In this document: positions 7,971-18,500 of the stretch, piece by piece
Layout of the letters: each line of letters opens with the position of its first letter
Numbering within the stretch: position 1 is the stretch's first letter
Notes under the pieces: model-generated
Told to the model about the DNA's origin: nothing
Databases searched by the model: none
Seen by the model: the letters and a program-made list of their open reading frames with translations, nothing else
Position numbers and translations under genes: made by a program
IMG/VR virus record: IMGVR_UViG_3300049489_001303
Location: 96,001 to 160,000 of that record
Source of the DNA: a virus
Length of the DNA stretch: 64,000 bases
Reading direction: 5' to 3' (one strand)

Positions 7971-10954
7971 GATGGCTCTTCTCCAACAAAGGTAATTATA
8001 TACAATGGGCGGTCAATGCACTCAGTTCTTAATGCAGCGAGCTGCGTCTGATAGTCAGTATCATCTGGATTCAGTGCCCCGGCCCTGTAATACCAGGGGT
8101 TATCCCCGTCTATGGTGAGGGGATTCCAAACGTTCAAGCCTGGATTCGAGAAGTCGTATGTCCCCAAACCATCGTCATTTACACGCTCAACATACCAATA
8201 ACTGATGTCCAAGTCTACTGAAAGGGCATCCCAGTCCCTCAGTATCGTGATCTTGCCATACCCTACAGCTGTGGTGTCCAGCCCTACCGTATAGTCCAAG
8301 CCTTCGCGCACTGGAAGACCGCCACGAGTAGCTGGAACCAGGACATTCACAATTCCCGCGAAGGTCCCGTGATCCTCATCATAAGGGAGCGTCATTGTAA
8401 AGACGCTATCCTCAGTTACATCTTCCCCGACGTGAATTGTCAGGGTGGCTGGAAGACTGGTACTATCCACTTTGAAATAGTCATCCAGACAGAACTCAGC
8501 AGGGTCGTCCAACTTGAGGGCATTGTCGGCGACCATCAGATCACTCTGGTGCCCGCCGGTAGCCCCTATGAGATTGACCCCGACAACCAGCTCTAACTTC
8601 TCCTCAGTGAGTTCCAGCGTGTCCACGTAAATGTCGCTGGTGCCCACCATCGGGTAAGTGTAAGAGGGCTTGGCTATCAGGATCAGGCTGTGGAGATCCT
8701 GCTGGAACTGCGGTAGCAACGGCACGTCCGCAGCGATGGACACTTTGAACGTGTGCATCTTTAGGTATTTATCGAACAGGACGTAGGCTGCGCTGTGCCG
8801 GAGCACCGGCTGGTTTGCCGGGAGAATCTGCTCGGTTTCGCTGGCATCCAGGTACAACCCGGGGTCATCTATCTTGGCTGTGTCTTCAGGGTCCAGGACG
8901 TGTTGCACAAGGGATGTCACGGCGCGGCGACGCACGGCGGAGTCAATGTTCCACAGCTCCTTGGGGATGATAGCATTGTGCCACCAGAGGGGGTCCTCCA
9001 CGTAGTCTACAACGCTGAACACGGTGGTCAACTTGTCAAATGCGTTGAGCACCAGAACGTTTCGGCTGGCAATATTGGAGATGTCGGCTCTTACCGGGAT
9101 CCCGAAGGGCAACGTATACACCTGGGCCGAGGTGGTGATCACCTGTTTATCTTCCCGGGTGAGCACCCAGTCCAGACCCAGTTCGCTCAACAGACCGTAC
9201 TTGGTGGACACTGTGGCACGGTTGTTCACCGTGTCGATGCCCGTGATCTGGAACTTGCCTATATTGCAGGTGTTTAGTGCCCCCGAAAGAACAATATAGC
9301 CACCATAGTCCTCCTCGGTGAGAAGATAGCTGCCTAGCCCTATTGGCAGAGCCACACTGTCGATACTGGCAATGGTAGCCGCGTTGGTACCCTGCGCGGT
9401 AACACCAGAGTCGTAACCCCGCAGTGTCTCCCCGTCAGAACGCACCACAGAATACCCCGCAGCGACGTTCAGTGCCGCCTCCATGCGTTGCAGCACAGGT
9501 CCGGAGGTATACAGGGCCATGATACCGCGGATATACTCCCTGTAGGTCTCCGACGAAGCAGCGAAGCGGTTAATCAGGCTGCCGTAGTTGTAGTACAGTG
9601 TAAACCTGTCTACCGACACCTCCGGCGCCCACAGAGACAGCTGGGTAACTTCCCCAGTGGTGAATGCTTCCACTGACAGGCCGGCCGAGTAGAAAACCTC
9701 TTCACGGTAGCGGTAGCTGCAGCGCCCGTTCGAATATATGTACCAGGGGGTTACCTGCGTGATAGTACCGCGCATGTAGTCTATAGTGTAGTCCGTACCC
9801 TCTACCACGGCATCCTTGCTCAGGTTCTTGGCGTAGATCGATACACTCCCCAGAATCAGGTGTTTGTTGGGGAGACTAAAGGTCCTCGGAACGTCTATGA
9901 AATCTGTGGCGAAAGCTAAGCTGTAGCCCTCCACCAGATTATTGGGGACTTCCCGGATAACCGCATAAACCCAGCTGTTGTCTTGTACCACATAAGGGAA
10001 CGGATTACTCTCCGGCCCCATGAGATAGCGTCCACGTTGGTATTCGATCTCGCAATCAATGGGGAGCTTGGGGTAAACCCCCTGATAGACCCTCCACGTA
10101 ACAATCCCTGTGCTGGTGGTCGGCAGGCTGATGGGGATAGCGGCGCCATCCAAGGTCAGGATATTGGGTACGGCGTTCTCAACAACGTAGTACCCCCGGT
10201 ACTCCACATCATTGCCAGACACAACACTGGTGATCTCCAGCATATCGCCGACCTGACAACGGGCCATATCTGCAGTCAGATCCGTCAGGGTATAGTCCCC
10301 GGTAGGCCCCGCCACCTGAGCCATCAGGCCAGCGCTGCCCGACGCTACTACGGTGGTTCCCCGCTGCCCCATGAAGCGCAGTGTGTCCCCGCGTCTGATG
10401 CCCTCGTTGTACCAGTCCCATGACGTAGGGAGATAGGCCATGCGGCTGTCAGAAACCCGGTTACCCACTGTCTTCTGGATCTTTCTCCAGGCCACACCCC
10501 GTTGGGGCTCATAGTTGCCACCAACAGACAAGGAGCGGCGGAAAGGATCCTCAACGAATCGGACGATACCATCATCCGGATTCATGAAGAACTCCACATT
10601 CTTGTCCATGACTATCTGCGGATCAAAGATGGTGTTCTGCAGTGTGTTGACGTTCATCACCGCGCCGGGGGGATCATAGATGTAGCGGTCTTCTGACCCA
10701 TCCTCGCCCTTGGCGTAGTTGATTTCAGTCTCGTCGATCAGCCATAGCTTCCACAACTCACGGTTGAACACCGGAGTGTCAACGACACCCGTAGCCAACA
10801 CGTTGGACATCAGGTCCAGATACACCTGGCTGAGGTAGGTCTCGGAGGCCTGATAGAAAGCCTCCAGGTCTTCTGTATCACGGAAAAAGCGTTGCCAGAA
10901 ACCTGACAGGCTCTGAAACAGAACAGAAGAAGTGTCACCGGTAAACGTACCCAT
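7967..10954 (-). CDS. Baseplate wedge-like protein
   Basis: 995 aa, follows the J-like gene. SETYREYIRGIMALYTSGPVLQRMEAALN and ILIAKPSYT resemble wedge (gp7/protein I-type) motifs. Confidence 0.62.
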   Translation of the reverse strand: MGTFTGDTSSVLFQSLSGFWQRFFRDTEDLEAFYQASETYLSQVYLDLMSNVLATGVVDTPVFNRELWKLWLIDETEINYAKGEDGSEDRYIYDPPGAVMNVNTLQNTIFDPQIVMDKNVEFFMNPDDGIVRFVEDPFRRSLSVGGNYEPQRGVAWRKIQKTVGNRVSDSRMAYLPTSWDWYNEGIRRGDTLRFMGQRGTTVVASGSAGLMAQVAGPTGDYTLTDLTADMARCQVGDMLEITSVVSGNDVEYRGYYVVENAVPNILTLDGAAIPISLPTTSTGIVTWRVYQGVYPKLPIDCEIEYQRGRYLMGPESNPFPYVVQDNSWVYAVIREVPNNLVEGYSLAFATDFIDVPRTFSLPNKHLILGSVSIYAKNLSKDAVVEGTDYTIDYMRGTITQVTPWYIYSNGRCSYRYREEVFYSAGLSVEAFTTGEVTQLSLWAPEVSVDRFTLYYNYGSLINRFAASSETYREYIRGIMALYTSGPVLQRMEAALNVAAGYSVVRSDGETLRGYDSGVTAQGTNAATIASIDSVALPIGLGSYLLTEEDYGGYIVLSGALNTCNIGKFQITGIDTVNNRATVSTKYGLLSELGLDWVLTREDKQVITTSAQVYTLPFGIPVRADISNIASRNVLVLNAFDKLTTVFSVVDYVEDPLWWHNAIIPKELWNIDSAVRRRAVTSLVQHVLDPEDTAKIDDPGLYLDASETEQILPANQPVLRHSAAYVLFDKYLKMHTFKVSIAADVPLLPQFQQDLHSLILIAKPSYTYPMVGTSDIYVDTLELTEEKLELVVGVNLIGATGGHQSDLMVADNALKLDDPAEFCLDDYFKVDSTSLPATLTIHVGEDVTEDSVFTMTLPYDEDHGTFAGIVNVLVPATRGGLPVREGLDYTVGLDTTAVGYGKITILRDWDALSVDLDISYWYVERVNDDGLGTYDFSNPGLNVWNPLTIDGDNPWYYRAGALNPDDTDYQTQLAALRTECIDRPLYIITFVGEEPS

Positions 10955-10961
10955 CTGGATT

Positions 10962-13073
10962 CTAATACCTCAGCACGAACGTAATAAGGTCTGCTCGTGT
11001 TTTGTAGGATGTCGTCCTGTCTGTGATACCCATCCAATTGTACCACGTATTCAACTCCGCGACAGTGTCAATGTTACCGCTGAGTATCTTGCCATTGGCC
11101 AGGAGCTCTGCGGGGGTTACGAGGTCCGAACCATTTGAAAGCGTGACGCCATTGCTCTGGTCCTCCACGGGGAAGATCGACACGATGTCCGTGCTTTCAA
11201 ACATTGCCTGCTGCCCATCCGGGGCGTTCAGGGTGAAGCGTAATGTGACGGGATACATCGTTGAAATCTGAGCATAAGTGCTGCGCAGGAACGTCGTGAT
11301 GTCCGACGAATCCAGCATCAGGTTGTCATTGAAGGCGTTAATGTAGTCTGTCAGCCCGACAGCCGCGGTATCCGTATCGAGGGTGGTGCCCTCCTGCAGC
11401 TTGTAGTCAACCTGGAAGTTTATCCACACAGGATGGCGTGAGCGCACCAGATGATTAGCAACAGCTGTTCGGCGGCTGCGACTGACAACATAGCTATGAA
11501 TGGGAGCAAAGCCCTGAAGACTCTCATAGGTCACCTGCAGTTTCTTACCGTCGAAGGCTGCAACCTGGGTTCCCAGATTGAGTAAATTGATTGCCGCCAG
11601 AGACTGTGCCTTCTCGGGATTGGTCACCTGAAGCTGATATTGGGTGTCCGAAGGAACTGTTGTGGTCGTGTTTACAGGCGTGCCATTGACCCTCGTGACA
11701 AACACAATTTTGCCTGTAATAGGATCCGCCATGGTGCTGCCAGCCGGCGCATCCAGCATCTCAACCCAGGTTACGTCCAGAATCGGACCCGTCAGTGCTA
11801 CCTTACCGGGCTGATGCGTCAGATTGGATGTCCCATAAGGCACTTCCGGATAGTCTACATGCGCCGCGGCGATCCTGGTAACTGTCGGAGGGTCCCCGGG
11901 TGTGAAATTGATATTCTCATAATCGGGAGGCAAATAACCGATGGAATATGTAATAGTCTGGGTAGTATCTGACACCACCGGAAACGGGTTGCTATCGCTG
12001 ACGGTCAACTCATGGGCTGACACACTGGTGATCAGGTACTCCTGGGGACTGTTAACCAATCCGGACTTTACCTTGAGAACATAGCCAACCTTCACGCCGA
12101 GGGTGACATAATCATAGCCAGTCTCATATGTCAGCCCCGGATCCCTGAAGGTATTGATAAGGCCATCAGCGCGTGGGAAGTAGCCCCCCACCGTGCACAT
12201 TTCGGTGACGCTGGTACGGGGAAGGGTCACGTAGGTATCATAGCAACCACCCACATGCAGCAACATATGCGCCCCGAGCTCCTTGGGCACATCACGGACC
12301 ATCTCTGGTTCACCCATACCCACCGTCATCGTCTCCTCGATAAGGGGGAACTCGTTCTGCAGAGTCACATCACAGGACCGATTATTCACCAAGTTCCGGA
12401 CAGAAATGACCGTATCGGCCCTCTGTAGCAGCTGATCAGTGCTCTCGACATCGTTGCCACCTTCAGAAGAGACCACTGTCTCGGCATATATGAGGTCCGA
12501 CAGGCCTATGGGGGCCACTACTCGCATAAAGCGGCCCGGCTCAGTCTTGTAGCTGGCCCCGGGGGCGCTTGCTCTCAGGGGAATGTCGGCGACATACTCA
12601 ACCAGCTGCCCCTTCGTGTCATACACGGGAAACTGGGCGTCTTCAGAGATCGCGAAGTCCGTACCATCCGTGTTCAGCACGAACTTCTGAGCCGCTGTCT
12701 TAAAGAACTCGGAACGTACAGATATGGTACGGGGTATCCGGCGCTGCAGATGCACACGAGCACTAACCGTGACGTAGGTGCCGCCTTTACGTGTCACGAA
12801 CCAGTTCGACAGGATCTCGTTGACGGACTGCTTGATGTCCTCCTCATCAGTGAGTTCTTCCTGAATACGCAACAGGGACTGGCGTGCAGATACGCGATCT
12901 ACCTCTCCGCGGAGGAAAGCGTACATCGTGGCGAAGCCGGTAACCATGAGGTCCCTGATGGCACTGCCGGCTTCATAGTTACCCTCAGGAACTTTCTCTT
13001 TCAGAAAGCCCACCAGGAAGGCTTCGGCGTCCCTCAGATCTGTTTGACTGATAGTTGTTTTGTAGCCGTCCAT
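10962..13073 (-). CDS. Baseplate J/gp6-like wedge protein
   Basis: GSAIRDLMV, NEILSNWFVTRKGG and GGNDVESTDQLLQRA match baseplate-J type motifs; lies downstream of the gp25-like gene. Confidence 0.75.
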   Translation of the reverse strand: MDGYKTTISQTDLRDAEAFLVGFLKEKVPEGNYEAGSAIRDLMVTGFATMYAFLRGEVDRVSARQSLLRIQEELTDEEDIKQSVNEILSNWFVTRKGGTYVTVSARVHLQRRIPRTISVRSEFFKTAAQKFVLNTDGTDFAISEDAQFPVYDTKGQLVEYVADIPLRASAPGASYKTEPGRFMRVVAPIGLSDLIYAETVVSSEGGNDVESTDQLLQRADTVISVRNLVNNRSCDVTLQNEFPLIEETMTVGMGEPEMVRDVPKELGAHMLLHVGGCYDTYVTLPRTSVTEMCTVGGYFPRADGLINTFRDPGLTYETGYDYVTLGVKVGYVLKVKSGLVNSPQEYLITSVSAHELTVSDSNPFPVVSDTTQTITYSIGYLPPDYENINFTPGDPPTVTRIAAAHVDYPEVPYGTSNLTHQPGKVALTGPILDVTWVEMLDAPAGSTMADPITGKIVFVTRVNGTPVNTTTTVPSDTQYQLQVTNPEKAQSLAAINLLNLGTQVAAFDGKKLQVTYESLQGFAPIHSYVVSRSRRTAVANHLVRSRHPVWINFQVDYKLQEGTTLDTDTAAVGLTDYINAFNDNLMLDSSDITTFLRSTYAQISTMYPVTLRFTLNAPDGQQAMFESTDIVSIFPVEDQSNGVTLSNGSDLVTPAELLANGKILSGNIDTVAELNTWYNWMGITDRTTSYKTRADLITFVLRY

Positions 13074-13074
13074 T

Positions 13075-13524
13075 TTAGTATTTGGATACCCCTATAGTCG
13101 CTACCGCGGTCTCCGCAGACTCACCGGCTTTGTTTTTCAACCTGATCCACACCTCAAACCCGGTGTCCTTGGGTTCATAACCGATAACCTCGGCACTCAT
13201 CAACTGCTCCGTATCGTCAAAGCCACCATCAATATCCTGCCGACGAACCTGCGCCGCGGCGTCTGCTACTGACATTTCCACCGTGTCTGACACAAGGGAA
13301 TTCCCCCTGGAAATGTTGGAGCCTATCAACCCTCCGAAAACCGTACCGTAATCTTTGTTGAGGATATCACTACCCACCGGAGTCATCAAGGTTTTAGCGA
13401 ATCTATTGATAAGAGCTTGCAACCCTGTCATTTTCAGTGGGGCTGCGTAGGCAAACTCGAAACAGCGAAAGCCGTGCAGATCATCTGCCGAAACGCCCTG
13501 GAAATGTATGTCGTACCTTGGCAT
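13075..13524 (-). CDS. gp25-like baseplate/sheath initiator protein
   Basis: GLQALINRFAKTLMTPVGSDILNKDYGTVFGGLIG is a gp25-like signature. Confidence 0.75.
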   Translation of the reverse strand: MPRYDIHFQGVSADDLHGFRCFEFAYAAPLKMTGLQALINRFAKTLMTPVGSDILNKDYGTVFGGLIGSNISRGNSLVSDTVEMSVADAAAQVRRQDIDGGFDDTEQLMSAEVIGYEPKDTGFEVWIRLKNKAGESAETAVATIGVSKY

Positions 13525-13531
13525 CTTCGCT

Positions 13532-14785
13532 CTACACCACTACTACCCCCACAGAGGTGTTCTCTGTGGTTGATGGCAAGCCCGTCGGCTCTGCGTTAAG
13601 CGCTGCTCTTTTAGTCTGAGACCGCGCCGCTTTCTCTTCATAAACGATCGCACGTTTCTGTGCGCTGTTTGCCGCCGCCGTGTTGTAAGCCGACTTGTCC
13701 CTGTTCAATAGTTTCTCAGCACGCTTACGTGCCATCATGTCGATCTGTATCTGCTCAGTGACCTTGCCACCATACGAATCCTCGGGATCCTTACCAAGGA
13801 GCGTGGTGTTGGGGAGGGCCCCGACTCTGTAAGCAGGGATAGACTCAAAGACCATCTCAGCTGTGACGTTTGTATAGCTGTCTACCTGCACAAACAGGTC
13901 TGCCCAGGCTTTCTCAGTATTGAAGGTGTGCTCCGTGCCTATGAGGTTACCCCCGGACAGGGCCCCGGCGTCCACATACCCGGAAATGGCGTTACGTGCA
14001 GACCCGGGAGACAGACAGAGGTTGCGAGCCTTCAATGCCGGATACACCAGCTCCAGCTTCCGAAGAAGGATCGCCAGTGTGCGCAGTTGCTGCTCGCTGT
14101 AGTCAGCGTAGACCACATTTTCAAAAGAGTTCCCCCAGATAGCTTTATTGCCCGAGCTGCGCGGGTTATTGCGCACAAACAGGGCCTCCTCGAGAAGGAT
14201 AGAAAGGCAGGTCTCCTGTACCTCAGCACAGTTCTTGAACGCGATGTTACAGTCTCCCACAACATACAGATCCCCCAGCCGACTCACAAGGAAGTGCGCT
14301 GGTTGGGTGGCTGCCCTGCCCGCGTGCTTCTGAGATTCAGAGGCTATCCGGTAGCCATGAAACAGCGTGATCGGATCAGAGCCACGGGCAATATAAACGG
14401 TGTCAGCTTTGTACTCAACGGCAATAGCACCCTGCCCCGCGGAAGTGGAGTTAAGCCACCCCGTCCCCTTGGTATCGGCGTGCCACCCCTGCCCGAAAGA
14501 CCCGAGAACAACGAAGGAGATCTCCCGGGAAGTGCTGTACGGTATGTACATTGTGCTGCTGATTTCAGCCTGTATCAGCTTACAACTGGGTGGAAAACCC
14601 TCTGCAGAAATAACACTTCGCGGTGTCCCGCTGTATTTGCTGAGCGGCCCGGAGGACACGACGCTGTTATTCACGTACGCCGCGGCGTTGTCATAATGCT
14701 GCCGAGCCACCGCGTTCAGATAGACAGAATAGTCATCTGTCTTATCCCGGGTGTAGGAGCTGCTCTGGCTGCGGGTATCCACCAT
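13532..14785 (-). CDS. Amidase_2-like domain protein, probably degenerate
   Basis: AHFLVSRLGDLYVV, LSILLEE and YSEQQLRTLAILLRKL resemble N-acetylmuramoyl-L-alanine amidases. Confidence 0.55.
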   Translation of the reverse strand: MVDTRSQSSSYTRDKTDDYSVYLNAVARQHYDNAAAYVNNSVVSSGPLSKYSGTPRSVISAEGFPPSCKLIQAEISSTMYIPYSTSREISFVVLGSFGQGWHADTKGTGWLNSTSAGQGAIAVEYKADTVYIARGSDPITLFHGYRIASESQKHAGRAATQPAHFLVSRLGDLYVVGDCNIAFKNCAEVQETCLSILLEEALFVRNNPRSSGNKAIWGNSFENVVYADYSEQQLRTLAILLRKLELVYPALKARNLCLSPGSARNAISGYVDAGALSGGNLIGTEHTFNTEKAWADLFVQVDSYTNVTAEMVFESIPAYRVGALPNTTLLGKDPEDSYGGKVTEQIQIDMMARKRAEKLLNRDKSAYNTAAANSAQKRAIVYEEKAARSQTKRAALNAEPTGLPSTTENTSVGVVVV

Positions 14786-15513
14786 TAAAAGGTCCTCTTA
14801 TGGGCTTCCAGGAGCCCATCCACCAGCTTGCGCCGCTTATAGCTGAGTTGCCCCTGAGTAAGCTTGTACTTGGCACATAGCTGCGCATTGTTCAGCTCTT
14901 TGGCGCCATCATAGCCCGTGATGTCCTTGAACATCTTTTTATCCTCGGCATCCAGTCCGTGGAAGAACATATCCATGACTGAGGCCCCGCCACTGCTGGG
15001 CATCTGTGCAGACTGGAAATCCATGGTGGCGCCGGCAGATTCAACCAGTTCTCGGACGCCATAGGCCTTGCCGAACTCGATAACTTTTTTGTGCGACCAT
15101 TTGAGGTGGTCGGCCATCTCCTCAGACGTAGGATCCCTGCCCAGATCATCCACCAGCTGGTTCTGCGCCACGCTGTATGTATTGTAAAGAAGCTGCTTAT
15201 TCTCAGGCAAACGTGCTACGTTCTGGTAGGGGTACACAGACCGCGACAGTTTTCTTAACCGTGAGGTAACATGCGTGCCGATGGACGCTCCGCGGTTGGG
15301 ATCGTAGGTCTTGAGGGCTTCAGCCGTAAGCAGGCGAGCTTTGGCTTCCAGCGCTGGCCCGGGGACCGACGACTGCCACTTGCTGACCTCACGATAAATC
15401 AACGGCTGCAGGCGCGTCAGAAGAGCCTCGAGCTTATCAGCCCTTCCGGTCTGCTTCCACTCACGCCAGAGCGTAAGATCCTGGTCTTGTCGTGCACTAA
15501 TGTCCATGATCAC
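14785..15513 (-). CDS. Phage-encoded sigma-70 family RNA polymerase sigma factor
   Basis: ALKTYDPNRGASIGTHV (region 2), VARLPE, LGRDPTSEEMADHLKW (region 3) and a C-terminal HTH-like segment. Confidence 0.88.
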   Translation of the reverse strand: MIMDISARQDQDLTLWREWKQTGRADKLEALLTRLQPLIYREVSKWQSSVPGPALEAKARLLTAEALKTYDPNRGASIGTHVTSRLRKLSRSVYPYQNVARLPENKQLLYNTYSVAQNQLVDDLGRDPTSEEMADHLKWSHKKVIEFGKAYGVRELVESAGATMDFQSAQMPSSGGASVMDMFFHGLDAEDKKMFKDITGYDGAKELNNAQLCAKYKLTQGQLSYKRRKLVDGLLEAHKRTF

Positions 15514-18500
15514 CCTTGGGGGTATTTGTATCCAGCTACACTCAGAACAATTTTACGATATTGCTCAAGCCTGTCGTCCCAATTATCACGTGTCTGAGCC
15601 ATACCCGTCTCCGGGCCGGCCTTTTTAAACTCTTTAACCGGGGGGTATTCCTCCGCGGGACCCACGTTAGAGTAGGCTGGGTCGGGAGTATTACCCGGAC
15701 CTTGCAACAATTTGTAGATTCGTGACCAGTAAACGGCCCCCTGGCTCCCCTTCGAGTCACCCGCCTCGCTGTAGAATCGCATCTCTTTAGCTCCCCGGAC
15801 ACTCTCAGCTTTGGCGGCGTCACCACCATGCCAGATACTGATATAGTCCTGCAGGCTGCACGCCGGCCGCGCCGCAAAGCGCATGGCCATTTCATAGTTC
15901 TCATACAACGGCGCCAGCTTCGCAGTGGCCTTCAAGAAGCTGTTATTTGTCAACTTCGACAGGTCACCCGTGAGTTCTATATCCTTCCCGGAATCATCCG
16001 ACGCGATGAGAAGCTCTCTCCAGTTGAACACCGCCGGCTTCGTGGAATTGGCGTCGCCGTACAGGAATTTGGCATAGTTGGTTTGAGCGGCTGTCAGGTA
16101 CTGGAAAGCCAGCGTAATATCCGGGATAACCTCTATGGGGTACATATCAGCTTTTTTAATAGGTATCCTGACCTGATACTCCTGGGGCTCCGACGTAGGA
16201 GTATTGCTCACCCCCGTGAAGTCCGCATCGTTATCCCCGCTGTCCTCGATCACTTGCCTGACGGCCGCTGTCTCAGGGTCTCCTCCAGTGCCCGTCGAAA
16301 CACTGGTGGGCTTAAGACCCGCCTCAGCTTGCTTCTTCCACATCTCAAGGTTGTCCGTATCATTCATAGCTTCTGTGTGGGCAACATTCGGGGGATCCAG
16401 ATGCACCCACCGCTGAGTCCTGGCACTCATCTTACCGTTATTCGCTCCTCGGATATCCACATGTGTGCTGCCGCCACCGTAGGGGTAGTATCCTACGCCA
16501 TGGCCTGTCGGGAAAGCATCCAGACAAAACAGCCAGAGCTCCTCCTGAGAAACACCCTCCACCTTAAAGTCGAGAGCTATAGCTCCTGAATGAAGCCCGC
16601 CCTTAGGGGCTCCATTCTCGTAGTAACCCTTGGTATTCTCTGTCGCTGCAAACCTATAGCCCGACACAATGTTTATAGCTTTACCGGGAAACCCCTGTGC
16701 CACGGTCTCAATGATGTTGATCGTTGCGGGGTTCATGGGTAATGCCCCCGGACGATCTGCTCTACAAAGGGTATTCCAGGTATCTTTCTGCTCCTGCGTC
16801 CAAGAGGCCCAATCGTTACCTGGCCACTCCAGCTTCTTACCTTTGCCCCTGATGATAGTCTTCTTGCCGGGCTTAGGAGCCTTGGTGGCAGCTTTTGCAG
16901 CCTCCCCCTGTTTCCCTGCAGTTTTTGTGGGGGGTATAGTCATCGTGATTAAACGCCCACCACCCCCGCCTTGAGCACTATCTGCCTGCACCTGCGCTGT
17001 TGTAGCGCCGGTAACCCCTGCAAACTCCTCCAGGCTTCTGGAGAAGGAGAAGGAGACCGTTGTCGTCATGCTACCCTGGGCGTTCAGGTTGTGGGACACC
17101 CCGGTGATGTACATGAAGATGTCCATCCCGGATTCATCTTTGTCGAAGATTACACCGGGGAACCCCGGTAGGACGTAGGGGTTAAAAGCCATATTTACGG
17201 TGCCGCTGCGCTCGCAGTAACGTCTGCGGTAGTACTCGTACTGAGCGTAATCCTCGAAGATCTGACTGAGGGGTCCATCAGATGTCTGAGGGCTCTCGAC
17301 GTTACCAGTGCTCTTCAGATCCTGGGCAAGCACGAACATCCACTCCGGGGCACTGGCCTGAGCCGACGTAGGACCTATGAAAAACTCCTCGGGGAACAGA
17401 AGCATATTCTTGGAACTCTCGACACCACCTGTCAATAGCTGCTTCATGCGTTTACGCACAGGCACAGGATAACCAGTAACCAGAACTGCACTGATGAGCG
17501 CCGCACTGGATGCTGCTTCATCTGATTCCCCGAAGAGTATCGTTTTGGTTACAGAGTTCTCATTGAGATACAACCTTGTGGGCTGCCCGTTGTAATTCTC
17601 CGAGTAGCCCCAGTCTGTTATCTGGGAAGGGAAAAACACGTTGCATACCGGAGGAAGCGCGAAATAAAGAGAGGGCTTCACATAGTGCGACGCAATCGTG
17701 GTGTTGGCATCCGCTTTGGCCCCCACCAGGCCATCGGCCATGTGTGTATCTTTGTTGAGCTGCACCGCGGGAGGCGCCGGCACCGCCAACACCTCCATAT
17801 ACATGTATCCCAGCACAGCCTGCAGCAGATCCCATGCGGACCCCGAGTTACCAACGCTCTCACCAACACGGGTCTGCAATACCTCCAGGATCTTCATCTC
17901 CTGTGCTGCTTTTATGAGAGGGAAGCACCCACCATTATCATAGTTACTGGGGCTATCATCGATCCCCGGGAAGCCGGCCCAACGCTTATAGAAGCCGGTC
18001 ATCAAAAGCCACCTACCAAAGAAGTTGCGCCCGGGAACCGATGCCGCGGTCTTGGGGAGCTTTACCTCAAAATTGGAGATGCTGTTATTATCCCCTGCCA
18101 CAACTTCAGGAACATCCGTGTTACTGGTACTGATCTCGGACAGTAGCGCTCTGAACACATTCAACACAAACTCGATGGGCCGCTTGATGGGGTTACCCAC
18201 AGAATTGCCATCGGGCTTTGTCAGCCCTTCATAAAACAGGCTGGCCGGATATAGTACTTTCGGCTCTGTAAAGTATGACGCATCGGAATTGCCCACAGCA
18301 CTAAGAGCCTGAACCATGTCATCTACTGACGATATGTAGAAGAACTGCAGCTGTCTGAAAATAGCCGCCTGTCCCAGGCAGTTCAGCTGCATCGATCGGC
18401 CACGGGGGTTGTTCTGATATGAAATACCCACAATCTCATATTCGCCCATAAGGCGCAGGGTGGGTTGTTCATCCCAGTGATAGTCCAGATAAAAAACAAC

